From: Nemertoderma westbladi
Taxonomy: Eukaryota; Animalia; Xenacoelomorpha
Reading direction: 5' to 3'
Assembly (NCBI GenBank): GCA_032718475.1
Contig: JAUCBJ010004173.1
Span: 1-53,587, forward strand
Length of the DNA stretch: 53,587 nucleotides
Shown: in pieces, positions 36,260 through 48,420 of the stretch
Position numbering within the stretch: position 1 is the stretch's first letter
Layout of the letters: each line of letters starts with the position of its first letter
Notes under the pieces: generated by a model
What the model saw: only the letters and a program-made list of their open reading frames with translations
Told to the model about the DNA's origin: nothing
Database searches by the model: none
Program-made: the position numbers and the translations under genes

Positions 36260-36800
36260 CCTGTAGATTCTTGTCACACGAAAACAGATATAGTAGATCC
36301 GGTTCCCACGAATCATCATCTCACGGTTCCAGATCCTGTAGATTCAATTCCCGTGGATCAAGTGTTTCATCGCATGGATCCTTATCCCACGGATTCAGAT
36401 ACAATAGATCCAATAGCCGTGGATCAAAGATCCATCCATCCTGTGGATCGATGAATTAATCGAGTGGATCCTTAACCCACTTATCCAGATACAATTTATG
36501 TAGATCCGATTGATATCTGTCCTACACCGTGGGACCTTGTTGTCCCACGGATCCCGATACGATAGATCCATGTCCCGCGGATTCAGGTTATGTTACGTGG
36601 ATCCTTGTCTAAACGGATCCATATACTCTAAATTCAGGTCCTGTACGTCATCGGCTCACGGATCATAATAGAGATCTGGTAGGTCGACGTTTCATAGATC
36701 AAGTCCTGTTGATTGTGGATCGTTGCACAGTGGATCAGGTACCGTAGATACAGGCGCTGTGGATCCTGTTCCAGTGGATCCGGACCCATAGATCCATGTT
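36260..36800. repeat. Degenerate GGATCC/GATC-rich tandem repeat
   Basis: Dense recurrence of gtggatcc, cacggat and agatcc in both orientations. Confidence 0.65.
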
Positions 36801-37617
36801 TCGTGAGGTCTCCGTCAGTCGATCATCGTATTTTGTCCTCTCGCTCCCAGCCTAGAGTAGTCCATGACAGCCACGTTGCACAATAGATGTGGAGAACTTC
36901 ATGAATAAGACCACCATCGAGCTGCGAGCACCTGGTTCGGATTGGTATACTACTGTATACGATACGTACAGTTTACCTGAGGCCGCCTGGCGACGGTCTG
37001 GTTACCTGACATTGGGGGGTCATTGGGTAAGGAGTATGACTACCTACACCCCAACATTGCATTTTTTCTATCCCACCTTAACCAGTCAGTCAGTCACTGA
37101 GTATAAGAATGAAATGAATGAAAGTGGATGATGGATGCACTGCTCCTACAATAATGGTCCTATTGGAAATGTACATCGTGAAATGCAGTAAATGAAAGTT
37201 TTATTTTGTGATTAATTCATTACTGTGTTAGGTGATTTCGATAATTCTTATTTATGAAAATTCTAATAAGAAATTTACAACAGATACTAGTATATAGACC
37301 TATTTTGAGATGAAATACATATTTATTTTAAAGAGTACATTTGTTAGTTACCCTTTGAAAGCGTGATAATTCAATTTAAGAGGATGATATAACTTCTTGT
37401 TGAATAAAATTTTACAGATTTGGAATCCTTTTTTGTATTGCTGCTTTTAAATGAGCAGTGGGTGATTGATATAATTATTATGTTTACTGTAATCATATAT
37501 CCCTTGCTTTAATTTCGTGAAGTATTAATTTCAAACAATATCGTTAGTTATATTATAATATTGAATTATATTTTTATTACCTGATTGTTTATTGCTTCTT
37601 TATTTATGCTGCCGCAG

Positions 37618-37834
37618 GTGATAATGGGTGAGTGTGATGGCAGACCACTCGTAGGCTACGTGCACACGACGCATCTACAGGCAGTGGATAAGGAGTCTCG
37701 AAGCATACGATGCAGCCAATTAGACAATATTTTACAATGGATCGAAGTATTCATAAGCGATAGTAAAGGCAAAGATGATATTATTGTTTTCGATATATTA
37801 TGCGGTGATTTAAATTTCGATAATATGTCAGCGG
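37618..37834 (+). CDS. SMPD3: Neutral sphingomyelinase internal exon
   Basis: gcag| acceptor and |gttagt donor; VIMG...VGYVHTTHLQA...IRCSQLD...FDILCGDLNFDNMS; phase 0 start joins the 3985 donor. Confidence 0.9.
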
Positions 37835-38538
37835 GTTAGTTGGTATTTATAAAGAAAATTGCCACTTATACTGTATATATATCCTGTCGTACTGTACATG
37901 CAGTTTGAATGATTACCGCCTGATTACTGTGTATTTATATTTAATGTATGCACATTAATTAATTATTAATTAGCACATTAATTCATTATTAATTAGCACA
38001 TTAATTAAAACTCGAATTAATACCTCATCTCGGCGAATTACCGATGTTGATTTATCAATTAATGGAAAATATCAGGTTCCAGTGGCACGTAATTCTAACC
38101 AAATCAAGAAGCAGTTAACGGCACATATTACTTTAATTTTGATCGTAATCTGTTGTTATTTTGCGTCGATTTTCCTCTTGAGTTGGATAAATTTTGATCG
38201 CATCAATACTGTAGACCCCCACCCCCATGCATCCCTATCTGGGAAAAAGTACAGAGATGGTTATGACCAAATAATATGCCCAGTCTTTCAAGATAATTTT
38301 CTTAATTCCTGTATAAACAATGGCTCGTGAAATAATTGCAGTATTATTTAAACTCAAAGACTTAAATATTGGACTTGTTTTTTAAACTGGTTTTTTAAAC
38401 TCAAAGACTTGAATATTGGCCTTGAATCTAAAGTTTACGTAGCTTCCGTGTAAATGCGGCTCTGCAATCTGCATAATATAATTTTCTGTTTCGAAATTAT
38501 TATGTAGCTCGTAATATATTCTTATCTCGCCTTTCTAG

Positions 38539-38692
38539 GGGACAATAAAGAGTTCTCGCATCCGCTGTTTGATTGTTACGTTGATCCTTGCCGAAGATCT
38601 CCTGGCGAGGACCACTGTTGGGTTATAGGAACCGAATTAAAGCAAAAAACAATGCACTACAAAGACGTTTCCACGCCTGATTTATTGCAACG
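38539..38692 (+). CDS. SMPD3: Neutral sphingomyelinase internal exon
   Basis: ttctag| acceptor and |gttagt donor; GDNKEFSHPLFDCYVDPCRRSPGEDHCWVIGTEL...VSTPDLLQR; phases 1 and 2 consistent with neighbours. Confidence 0.88.
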
Positions 38693-38793
38693 GTTAGTGT
38701 GGGGCGAGCCACCAAGTCTGGGTGAGCTTTTGTTTTGCGGCATAATTACTAATTAGTCTCTATCGTCGTCGTTTGAAATGTTTGAGAGCTAAT

Positions 38794-39619
38794 TCCAGAA
38801 GTCGAGGAAATCCTACCAAGTATGTACCTAACTGATCTAGACTTTGCTGATGACTTAGGAGTACTCTCAGAATCACTAGAGGGGCCTAACGGCTCCTCAG
38901 CTCATTAGAACATGCTGCTTCTAGTGTTGGTCTTTTTATTAACTCCAGAAAGACCAAAATTTTGACAGTTAACTTTGAAAGTCCTCAGCAAGTCTCTGAT
39001 CGGATGAGCATAAGCTCAAAGGATGGTATGCTTGAGCATGTGGACGACTTATGTTACCTGGGATCATGGATCCGCAAGTCAGGTGAGGACCTTCGAATAC
39101 GTAAGGGAAAGGCATGGGCAGCCTTGAATAGGCTTTCCAGGATTTGGAAGTCACCGAGAATTAATCAGAAACTTAAGGTCCGATTATTTAGAGCAGCTGT
39201 AGTTCCAGTACTCCTCTATGGGAGCCCTGCTGGGCTCTAACTGCTGAGGACACCAAATCTCTGGATGGCACCTTCACAAGAATGCTACGCCGGGTTAATT
39301 GTGTCAAGTACAATGCACACATCTCCAACCAGACACTATATAACATTGGAGGTGTCTCATTGGTTCCCCCAAGCTTGACACTAGAACAAAATCGCCTCCG
39401 CTTTGCAGGACATTGCTTTCGCCGTGTAGACCAGTCAGTGCATAATCTTGTTCTTTGGCAGCCTCATGGAGTGAATAAGCATGGTGGACAGCCCATGATG
39501 ATCTAGCAAATGTCATGGGTGATAGGGAGTTGTTGCGGCGCAATTTTGTCGACAAGCCGGCACAGCATTCTTAAAAATGCAGCTGCAATGCAGCATGCCG
39601 ATCCTAGTAGTAGTAGTAG
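38794..39619 (+). mobile_element. Second, shorter copy of the RTE family at 1394-3240 (intronic, frameshifted, internal deletion)
   Basis: Near-identical to the reverse complement of ~1394-2262; (TAG)5 tail; candidate 9-bp TSD agagctaat/agggctaat. Confidence 0.9.
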
Positions 39620-39752
39620 AGGGCTAATAAGTCAGTAAATAATTGATTAAATGGTACTAAACGTGGTACACAATGTAGGCCTAGTCTATAAAAAGTTTAG
39701 AAATTCTAGACACCGCAAGAATCAATCTGGCCATGAGTTATTTGTTCTGCAG

Positions 39753-39888
39753 GGTCTTACTAGATGACCGCCAGCGGGGTAGCTACGTATCGGATACGAC
39801 AATCAGCGACTGTATGGCGCCACCCAGCGGGAGGAGGCGTATTGATTACGTACTTTATAACAACAACTCATTGAGTCAATGTGTATCT
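39753..39888 (+). CDS. SMPD3: Neutral sphingomyelinase penultimate exon
   Basis: ctgcag| acceptor and |gtgagt donor; VLLDDRQRGSYV...GRRRIDYVLY; ends in phase 0. Confidence 0.88.
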
Positions 39889-40674
39889 GTGAGTATTCAA
39901 TAGACATACGAGTCACACTTATTGATATGTATTTTAATGTCGCACGTGATGTTTAAATCTTTGGTAAATTTTGAGGTTTTAGTAAACTATAATTAATACA
40001 TGTTAGCGTTAATTGGTTAGAATCTATTTATAATCCCTTTCGTTGTAGTTTTATCCAAGGCGACCTAAATACAGTAAATAACTAAATAAATAAATACCTA
40101 AATACAAGTATAGAGGTCGCCTTGGTTTTATCCATTTTTTAAATGGTTAAAGAGATCACCTGTAAATATACTATAGGCTACTTTTAGCTTTTCAAATCAA
40201 GAAATCCAGTATTTTGAATATAATTTTGTACATATTTTTTAATTCGGAAACTAACAAAAAGAGTATAAATCATTTTTTTCAGGGTGATATAGATTTGTTT
40301 AAAACATCATTTAAAAAATATGTTTGTTAGAGCTAGGCAACGTTAAATTTAAATTAATTAACTTAAATTATTAGTTTTTGTAAGAAATGTGTTTACCAGA
40401 AACCAGAGACCACCAGAAACCAGAACCAGAGGTAAAGCCGACAAAGTACCACTGCAGTACTCAGAGTTCACCACTCTATTTGCACTTAACCTAGGCCTAC
40501 AGTATAGGGCCTATTGGCCTTTATTTAAGTTTTGGTTTCGAAATTAATATATACTGTAATTTCGCCGAAACTTTAACCAATAATTACAAAACAGTAGATA
40601 GGCTACTGTAGATAGTAGAATCATCAATGTTTTGCATGATTTCTTAGGATAATAATAATTAATGTTTCTTCCAG

Positions 40675-40791
40675 AATTCAGTTAACCAAGTCTCTGTTTC
40701 TTCTCTATTTGCTGGGCTCAGCGATCATCTGTCTGTTTATTGTTCTCTTTCGGTTTGCGGTAGCGGTACCGGTATTGATTGCTGCTGTTAG
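40675..40791 (+). CDS. SMPD3: Neutral sphingomyelinase terminal exon A
   Basis: ttccag| acceptor; NSVNQVSVSSLFAGLSDHLSVYCSLSVCGSGTGIDCCC-stop with catalytic SDH; AATAAA at 40912. Confidence 0.8.
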   Translation, partial: NSVNQVSVSSLFAGLSDHLSVYCSLSVCGSGTGIDCCC

Positions 40792-40924
40792 TTGCATGCG
40801 GAGTCTCTCCTAAATTATTGATGGCGCATGTCCTTGTTAGTAGTAGTGTACCGGTACAATTTTACGTATTGAATAGAACAGCACCGACCTTAATCTGTTT
40901 AATTTACGGCTAATAAAAAGTTGA

Positions 40925-41320
40925 GTGAGAGTCCATGCTCGGCTCTAACTGCTGAGGACACTATGGCCTAACCGAGTGCACTAATAAAAGAATACTACGC
41001 CGGGTTCACTGTCAATAACAATGAAAACATATCCAAGGAAAAATATATGAGGGTGTATCATTCATTATTTCCCCACATTTTGACACTTGAACGTATAGTC
41101 GCCTCCGCTTTATAGGACATTGCTTTCGCCGCGAGGAACACCACAACACGTGCACATCTTGGCTTTGGCGGACTCGCGGATAGAAGCGTGCTGGACAGCC
41201 CATGACGTTCTGGCCACTGGTCTTGAAGAATCGGATGATCTCGCGAATGTCATGTTCCTGATAGGGCGTTGGGGGGCGATATAATTTTGTTGATAAGCCG
41301 GCATACAGTAGCAATGTATA
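40925..41320 (+). mobile_element. Old degenerate RTE 3' fragment
   Basis: Blocks ggctctaactgctgaggacac, cgcctccgcttt..aggacattgctttcgccg and ggacagcccatgac match the RTE copies. Confidence 0.75.
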
Positions 41321-41589
41321 CCTACAATACACAATCCCGATTATAGATAAATTTGCATCAGATAAATTATTATACATCTATCTATCTTCATATTGAACAT
41401 TTTCGATATGAAGATTTCACAGCTATTCTAATGTCTATAATAATTCCTGTCATTCAAATTTCCCTCGCCAGTGGGCTGTATCTGTATATTATGATATTAT
41501 AAATTTTCATTTGAGATTCATTTTGAAAGCGACCGTCTATGTTCTTAGTGTATATAAAATAATATCCCAACGTCTTCATATTTTTTCAG

Positions 41590-41844
41590 CAAGTCGAAGA
41601 AGTTAATTTTGTTACGCAGTTAGCCACGCTAACCGATCACGTTGCCATGAGAGTTAAACTCACGACGGGAACTGAGCCTCCAGTTGAGATTAGAATAGGA
41701 CCGGGTCGCCCAGCAAAAACAAAAGATACCCTAGCAACAGTGACATCAGATACCGTTGCAACTGAAGACATCCTAGAAACTGAAGTAATTTCTATCACAG
41801 AAGATCAGTTGTTAAATAGTGAGATTGAAGAATCAGCTGTTTAA
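41590..41844 (+). CDS. SMPD3: Neutral sphingomyelinase terminal exon B (alternative last exon, or last exon of a paralog)
   Basis: ttttttcag| acceptor; QVEEVNFVTQLATLTDHVAMRVKL plus an acidic tail, matching the nSMase2 terminal VEE..F.TQL..LTDH motif; phase 0. Confidence 0.82.
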   Translation, partial: QVEEVNFVTQLATLTDHVAMRVKLTTGTEPPVEIRIGPGRPAKTKDTLATVTSDTVATEDILETEVISITEDQLLNSEIEESAV

Positions 41845-42844
41845 CCTTTACAATATAATCTGCAACATTTATGTATTGACAGGTTTATTAATATGGAGCC
41901 CGTGAATGGACATCCCTTATTTTTTTCAAAATTATCAGCATCCTGGGATAATAAAGCAGATAATTAATTCAGGACCAAGAGATAGGCCTACTAACTACTA
42001 CAGCTCACTGTATTTCACGATTGATTGGAAAATTGAAAATAATTATTGAATTACTCCTTAATTTTCTTAGAATGTCTAATTCTAAACAAGGTCCTTCAAA
42101 CTAACACAATCGCCACTTATTTATGCCTTTCTCCCCATGTATTATTAGTTTTAATAAATTGAATAGGCCTATCTACTGATATAATTTGGATTAGTAATTA
42201 GGCTGGGGTACCTCGTGGGGTACTTAGAAGCTCTAACTAGTATAGTCAATGAAAAGTTGTTGCTACTTTCAATAAATGAACATGGAGGTTTGGGTGCTAT
42301 CACTATGTAGTAATTATTATATGTTTAAGCAAATTATATTCGGTGTGCAATAATATTATTAGGTCAACATGTTTGCGTTTATCCCTAATTACCTTTGTTG
42401 TTATTTTCCAAACTGTAAAAATTAGCCCTTAATTAAAAGCTTTTTTATTCACATTTTTAGTTGTGCGAAATAAACTTTAAGCCAAAATGTATTTATCCCG
42501 GATTAAATATTTTCAGATTTCTTTAACACTATATTATTATATATTATTAGCTTTTTCATGACAATTTTCTAAGAAATTCAATGTTATAAGTAAATAATTC
42601 ACAATCAATTTGCATGAAATATCACAATTTCACACATAAATTAATTGAATAATCCTTGATTTGATGCAGATATCCGTTGTTATTATTGTTATATGTTTTT
42701 TTTTAATTTAAACTCTTGACATGTGATAATATTTAAGCCAACTTAATTTGAAAATTTAAATATTTGTATCCATCTGTACTCATTTAGGCTTACACTACAT
42801 ATTCCCGATTTTCCATGTTAGTATCTAACTCTTTACCTGTTCTG

Positions 42845-43010
42845 TACTGTGGGACCCGCGACTAAGTAGGGGGTTGTCAACCTTTGTCTGTCGGCTGGTC
42901 GGTCTGTCGGCCGGTCGGTCTGTCGGCCGGTCGGTCTGTCGGCAAATGTTTAAAGGCTAATAACTCAGATTAAACCAAACTTTCTACACATAGTGGTCTG
43001 TCGAATGTCT
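42845..43010 (+). repeat. DINE/Helentron-like repeat fragment with (gtcggtctgtcggccg)n
   Basis: GTCY-type microsatellite followed by taactcag.....aaccaaacttt; similar tract near 22665. Confidence 0.45.
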
Positions 43011-44656
43011 GAAATTTAAGTTACATGTAGGGACTTAGCAGTGCTGTTCCCAAGTCACACGCAAGAGGGCGACAAAAGAACGGAACCCGTATTCTACTCC
43101 TACTTACTTCGTCCACGTAAGTGTGTCTTTCCCCAGCTGCTAACACGACACTTCTGTGACCAAAGAGCAATCCTAACTGACTTTGAATTTGGGGAGACTT
43201 TTCGACGCAATCAAAATTCATCCCTCCACTACTGCTAGAATAACTTACCACTATAACCTGCTCCTTTCCCTTAATTGGTAATTTAACATTGAGACGAGAT
43301 ATTAATTCACAAAGATGGTATCCCAGCCAATTCCCACCCACCCCCCCCCCCCCCCCCCCCCCCTCCCACCCCCCCCCCCCCCCCAAATGTCTCCATTTTG
43401 TGTATTATTATCAAAATAGTTAAGTTAATAAATTTAATAAATAATCAATAAAAAATAATAAAAAGTTCAGCATAAATAGTTAAGTTCAGCACCCAACATG
43501 TTTTATTAATGAGGTACGCAATATATTATTTCTATATTATATTGAACACTGTCTCTTTTTTTTTATATCAAGTAGATATTTGTCAAGTGTCTTTATGTTT
43601 ATAACTAACTATGTGCAGTATTTTTCACAACAGAAATAAATTTTATTATTTTAACTAAATTATATTAGATTATTTCTGTACTACTCGTATCATCTTCATC
43701 TTAATCGTTTAAATTAAATATTTAGTTCATTTTAATTTGGATGTAATGGAATTCAGTTTTCTTTCGGAGTATCTCACATTAAAGACAAAATTATTACAAT
43801 TTGAGATTTTAAGTTTGTTGATTATTTTTAAGTTACGTTTGTAGGCACTTTTAGGAAACTGTGCTAAACTTGTGCTACTCCATCCCCAATAAACCCCATC
43901 CCGAATGGTAGCTAGTCAATTATTTGAGTTTCATTTGGTGTAAATTTATTGTACAGAAACGAAATCGGGTAATATTCTAACGCCTTATAAGAATATAATT
44001 AGGTTAGTGCCTAGGTTACAATCCTGCTGGCGCTTGAGTTTTAAAACGCCTCAATAGTAGTCTTATAAAGTGCTAGATTATATAACCCCATATCAAGTGA
44101 AGTTACTAAACTAATGCACAACATTCAAACTTATGGAACAAAACAAAAAGCAACATTCGACTACCATATTTGTTTATGTTTAATGATACTTATATAACAC
44201 TTAGCCCAAATTATTCAATCAATATCTGAAGGTTTCTATAATACGATTTAGTGTATTTGCTTGGTGTAATGTGTACCTTAATATTTAGCGTCGCGTGCTT
44301 GTTGCGTTTAAATTGTTTACATTGTTCACAATAATTATTATCGTTGTAATATTTATGAATATTTTTATTTTAATAATTACTTATCCTAATAAATTGTTGG
44401 ATAAATAGGAAATACGACATAAGAAAAATGTATTTTGGCTATTTCGTACTTTTTGTCTTCGTGTGTGACATATTCGTTAATGTCAAAATATATATTTGTT
44501 GAACAGCGTATCAGTTTATTAATTTTAAGTCCTACAGGTTTGAATATAGATTTTTATCGAAGCTGCCCCAGCATCATACACTATCATATTATAGTAGGTT
44601 AGGATATTCTGCCTTATCACTAGTAAGAGCAAATTCGATATACTTCAATTGCACAT

Positions 44657-45228
44657 AGGGTGTAAGAGGTAGATGGAGTTGGCGGACAGGGGATGTCGGA
44701 GGTAGATGGGGTGGGTGGACAGGGGTGGTCGGAGGAGATAGATGGAGTGCGTGGACAGGGGATGTAAGAGGTAGATGGAGTGGGTGGACAGGGGTTGTCG
44801 GAGGTAGATGGAGTTGGCGGACAGGGGCTGTACGAGGTAGATGGGGTGGGTGGACACTGGACAGGGTGGTCGGAGGTAGATGGGGTGGGTGGACACTGGG
44901 CAGGGGTGGTCGGAGGTAGATGGGGTGGGTGGACAGGGGTGGTCGGAGGTAGATGAGGGGTGGGTGGACAGCGGTGGTGGGAGGTAGATGGGGTGGGTGG
45001 ACAGGGGTGGTCGGAGGAGATAGATGGAGTGCGTGGACAGGGGATGTAAGAGGTAGATGGAGTGGGTGGACAGGGGTGGTTGGAGGTAGATGGGGTGGGT
45101 GGACAGGGGATGTCGGAGGTAGATGGGGTGGTTGGACTTGGGTGGTCGGAGGAGATAGATAGAGTGCGTGGACAGGGGATGTAAGAGGTAGAAGGAGTGG
45201 GTGGACAGGGGTGGTTGTGTGGGGGATG
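44657..45228. repeat. G-rich minisatellite (~33-36-bp unit ggaggtagatggggtgggtggacaggggtggtc)
   Basis: About 16 units with higher-order variants; source of the PPTPSTS ORFs. Confidence 0.92.
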
Positions 45229-45315
45229 TAAATGCCACATATAAATAACTAACGTACTAGTGAGCTATTTTATTATTGTTAAACATTGTTGTGTTTTATA
45301 TATTCTAGAATAAGT

Positions 45316-47221
45316 AATACTCAAGGAAACGTCGATGTGTCCGTTAAGTGTCCGAATGATAGGTAAGCCATCGAGTGGACGCTACATCACTCCCCACAGT
45401 CAGGGCACAAAAGTTTATGTTCATTGATGTGTTCTAGTTGAGAATAAACAGTGAGTCGAGTTACAAGATCAAACGAGTTGGAGGTTTACTTAATCTTCCA
45501 CTTTTGGTTCGGCACATGGGGGGTATGTACGACATGGGGTCGGGTTCTGGTTCCAATGAGTAGTCAACAAGAGGAGGTGATCCCATCGCTTGTGTTGTAG
45601 AAGTGCGCATTGTTGTTGGTGATGCTCGTTGTGTTGTCGATGGAACCAATCGTTGGGTTGTCGTGCTTGCGCAACCAGTGTCAGTGTATGCAGTTTTTAA
45701 CCGGTCTATATATACGTTTACAGCTTTACCATTGCAGTCTATTGTGTAATGCTTGGCTTTGACCCCAAGAATGCGGTAGGGGCCAGTGTAGGGTTGCTGA
45801 AGTGGGTGTTTGTGGCTGTCGACTTGTATATAAACGAAACCAGTTGATGCTAAGTTCTCTGGAACTGATGCTGCACGTTGGCCGTGGTAATTAGTTGGTG
45901 GAGGCTTTGCTAAGCGCATGGCATCTTGTAGACCGCTTAAGAAACTTGGTTGGAGGTCTGAGTTCCTATCAGTCTTGAAGAATTCACCTGGAATGTGTAG
46001 GGAAGTCCCATATACTAAATCAGCTGGAGAACAGTCTGCGTCTTCCTTCCAGGCTGTGCGGATGCCGAGCATAACCATGGGTAGGTGGTCCATCCAGTTG
46101 GGTCCTGTCATGCGCGCCTTAAGTGACGCTTTTAGTTGACGGTTAAATCGTTCAACCATACCGTTGGTTTGTGGGTGATATGCGGTAGTGTTGTTGGCTG
46201 ATACTCCCAGGAGACGTTGTAACTCGGCCCAAAGGTGTGATGTGAACTGTGGGCCCCTGTCGGATGTGAGATCCCCTGGGATACCGAACCGTGCCACCCA
46301 TGTGCGTAGAAAGCCACGAATGCAAGTTTCAGTTGTGGAGTCTGGAATTGGAATAGCTTCTGGCCACCTGGTATAGCGATCTACTATTGTAAACAGGTAG
46401 CATATTTTCTCAGAGATGGGATGGGGCCCCCACAAGGTCTACATGAAGAGATCCAAAGCGCCGTTCCAGTGGGGGGGCGGGATTCTAAGGGGTTGTGTAT
46501 GTGTTGGCTAACCTTAGAGACTTGACACGGGTGACAGGAGCGACACCAGTTGCGGATATTTGATTTCATCCCATGCCAAAGAAATCGTTTCGCTATTGCA
46601 CGGTATGTGGGACGGTAACCAGTGTGAGAAAGGCCATGGATGGATAGCCTCAAATATTCGTTTTGTCCAATTGGCAGGTATGACTGGTCTGGCTTTTCCA
46701 GTGGCAGTGTCACATAAGATAGAGTAGCCATTATAGGCAAGGTCTTCGAGATTGAGTGAAGTGACAGCAGTGCTTGTGCGATAAGCTTCGATTTCTTTGG
46801 ATGTAGCCTGGTTTGAAGCCAACTGCGCGTATTCGATTGTAGGAGTTAGAATAGCTGACACTGTTGTACCTGATCTGGTGTTGGGCTCATTGGACTCAAC
46901 AGGGGCACTTGATAGTGTGTCTGCTACCACATTTGAGGTTCCCTTAATGTGTTGGACATCTGTAGTGAACTCGGCAATGAAGGAAAGGTGGCGAGTTTGG
47001 CGGGGGGTGCGATCGGCGGTGCCAGTCATTGCAGCAACTAAGGGCTTATGGTTTGTAAACAATGTAAATTGCCGTCCTTCGATATAGTTCCGGAAATGTT
47101 TGATTCCTAAGTAGGCAGCAAGCAGTTCCCTGTCGAAGGCAGAGTACTTCTTCTCAGCGTTGGTTAGCTTCTTAGAAAAGAAGGCCAATGGGCGCCAAAC
47201 ATTGTTATCGAGCTGATCTAG
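45316..47221 (-). mobile_element. Decayed Gypsy LTR retrotransposon 3' part (RNase H, integrase, PPT, start of 3' LTR)
   Basis: Pol fragments; purine tract GTGGGGAGTGA (45387-45397) followed by TGTAGC at 45386; truncated at 47221. Left boundary approximate. Confidence 0.85.
45461..47221 (-). pseudogene. Frameshifted Gypsy pol (RNase H and integrase)
   Basis: PLAFFSKKL..AEKKYSAFDRELLA, NVVADTLS, H..SH...C..C, VDRYTRWPEAIP, SDRGPQF, YHPQTNGMVERF and GPY, split over three frames. Confidence 0.9.
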
Positions 47222-47510
47222 TGTAAAAGCTTTTGCATCATTAACCGGTTATTTTCCCTCAAAGTACTCTGTAGTTGGTTTACCAGGCATAAAAAGGCCG
47301 TGTCCTTGCTGCACTGGTGTTTTAGAGGACATAAAAGTCATTTCTTCTGTATTTGTACTGTATTTGTACTTTAGAGGACATAATCCGCAATCTCGTGACG
47401 CGATAAGCTAGATACTCTTGAAAACAGTGTCGCTACCATGACGACGGCTAACAGCTGATATTGCCACGTCGACGTTTCTTTGTTTCTTTGTTCTCTCGTT
47501 GTTCGGTTGA

Positions 47511-47521
47511 CCAATCAGAGC
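47511..47521 (+). promoter_or_regulatory. CCAAT box in LTR-like A
   Basis: CCAATCAGAGC is conserved in both LTR copies; TCAGT initiator-like motifs lie 45-55 bp downstream. Confidence 0.55.
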
Positions 47522-47802
47522 GTTTTTGTCTCTGTGTTGGAGGTGTATACAGAACTCAGTAGTTCAGTGTTATGTTTTTGCCCAGAGCCTAAGAACACCG
47601 GCTTTTGGCACCTCCGTGTTTCAGTCTTTAGTCTTACATTAGTAGGCTTAATTATAGAACGTATATCTGTTATCTTACCTACCTACTCATACTCACTCAC
47701 TTAATAATCATTTATACCTTAACTTTACTGCTTTTATTGTCGGTTGTTCATTATATTGGTTGATGAAATATTATATCGGAATCCTGATCAATAGTCAGAC
47801 AC

Positions 47803-48420
47803 CCCAACTTCTTGATATACTAAAGGTTAGAGAGACCGGTTACAGATAAACGATTGCGACCTATGTTAAGTGGTTTGCAGTGAATCTAATGCTATTTCAT
47901 ATGCCCAACATAAATTGTCTGTTGCTCTCTTTATACGTGACCAAATTTAGTGAAGGTCGGCAGATTAGTGTGCAGTATTGTGCAGCATTGTGTATAAGTG
48001 TAACTGATAACAAAGCATCTCCTAAAGAATGCGCCATATACGTGAATCTATAGCCTTTTCGTTGCGTCTAGTTTAAGTCATAACTCTGTTTACATATTTA
48101 GAGCGCCACGTCCTAAAGGGACTGTTAATATTTCCCGAAAGTGAATAATATTTGTCAGAGATTATATATTACGATCAGTCGAATAATACAGTAGGCTTAC
48201 ACCATCAATCATTAAGCTCCGAACTCAGTCTCCCGGGTATATCCAACGGGTGAATGATTGCGCATAGACTGGCTTCGGCTAATGTAGTGTATCAAATACT
48301 CGTCATAGGCTAAAGACTATCTATCATCCAAAAGACATTCTAATTTTGGCAGGTTAAACTGTCAAAGGTCTTCAAAAGCGCAAACAATAACAGATATTGC
48401 TTCTGGATTGCGGTGTAAGC
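47803..48420 (+). ncRNA. Putative conserved structured RNA core in LTR-like A
   Basis: Blocks conserved with the inverted copy despite indels; no ORF; cUUCGg hairpin, GAAA loop, and a stem retained through G-C/G-U swaps. Confidence 0.4.

Noticed and set aside
43336-43385. Poly-Gly ORF start and other long C/G homopolymers (4427, 10227, 25860)
   Set aside because: Simple homopolymer runs with no coding support; lengths may be sequencing-dependent.
44620-45240. 206- and 197-aa Pro/Thr/Ser-rich ORFs
   Set aside because: By-products of a G-rich minisatellite lacking stop codons on one strand.
48160-48235. Group I intron P7-like pairing (TCAGAGATTA with CAGTCTC)
   Set aside because: Only partial resemblance; other core elements and splice sites could not be placed. 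Kept only as part of the unknown RNA module.
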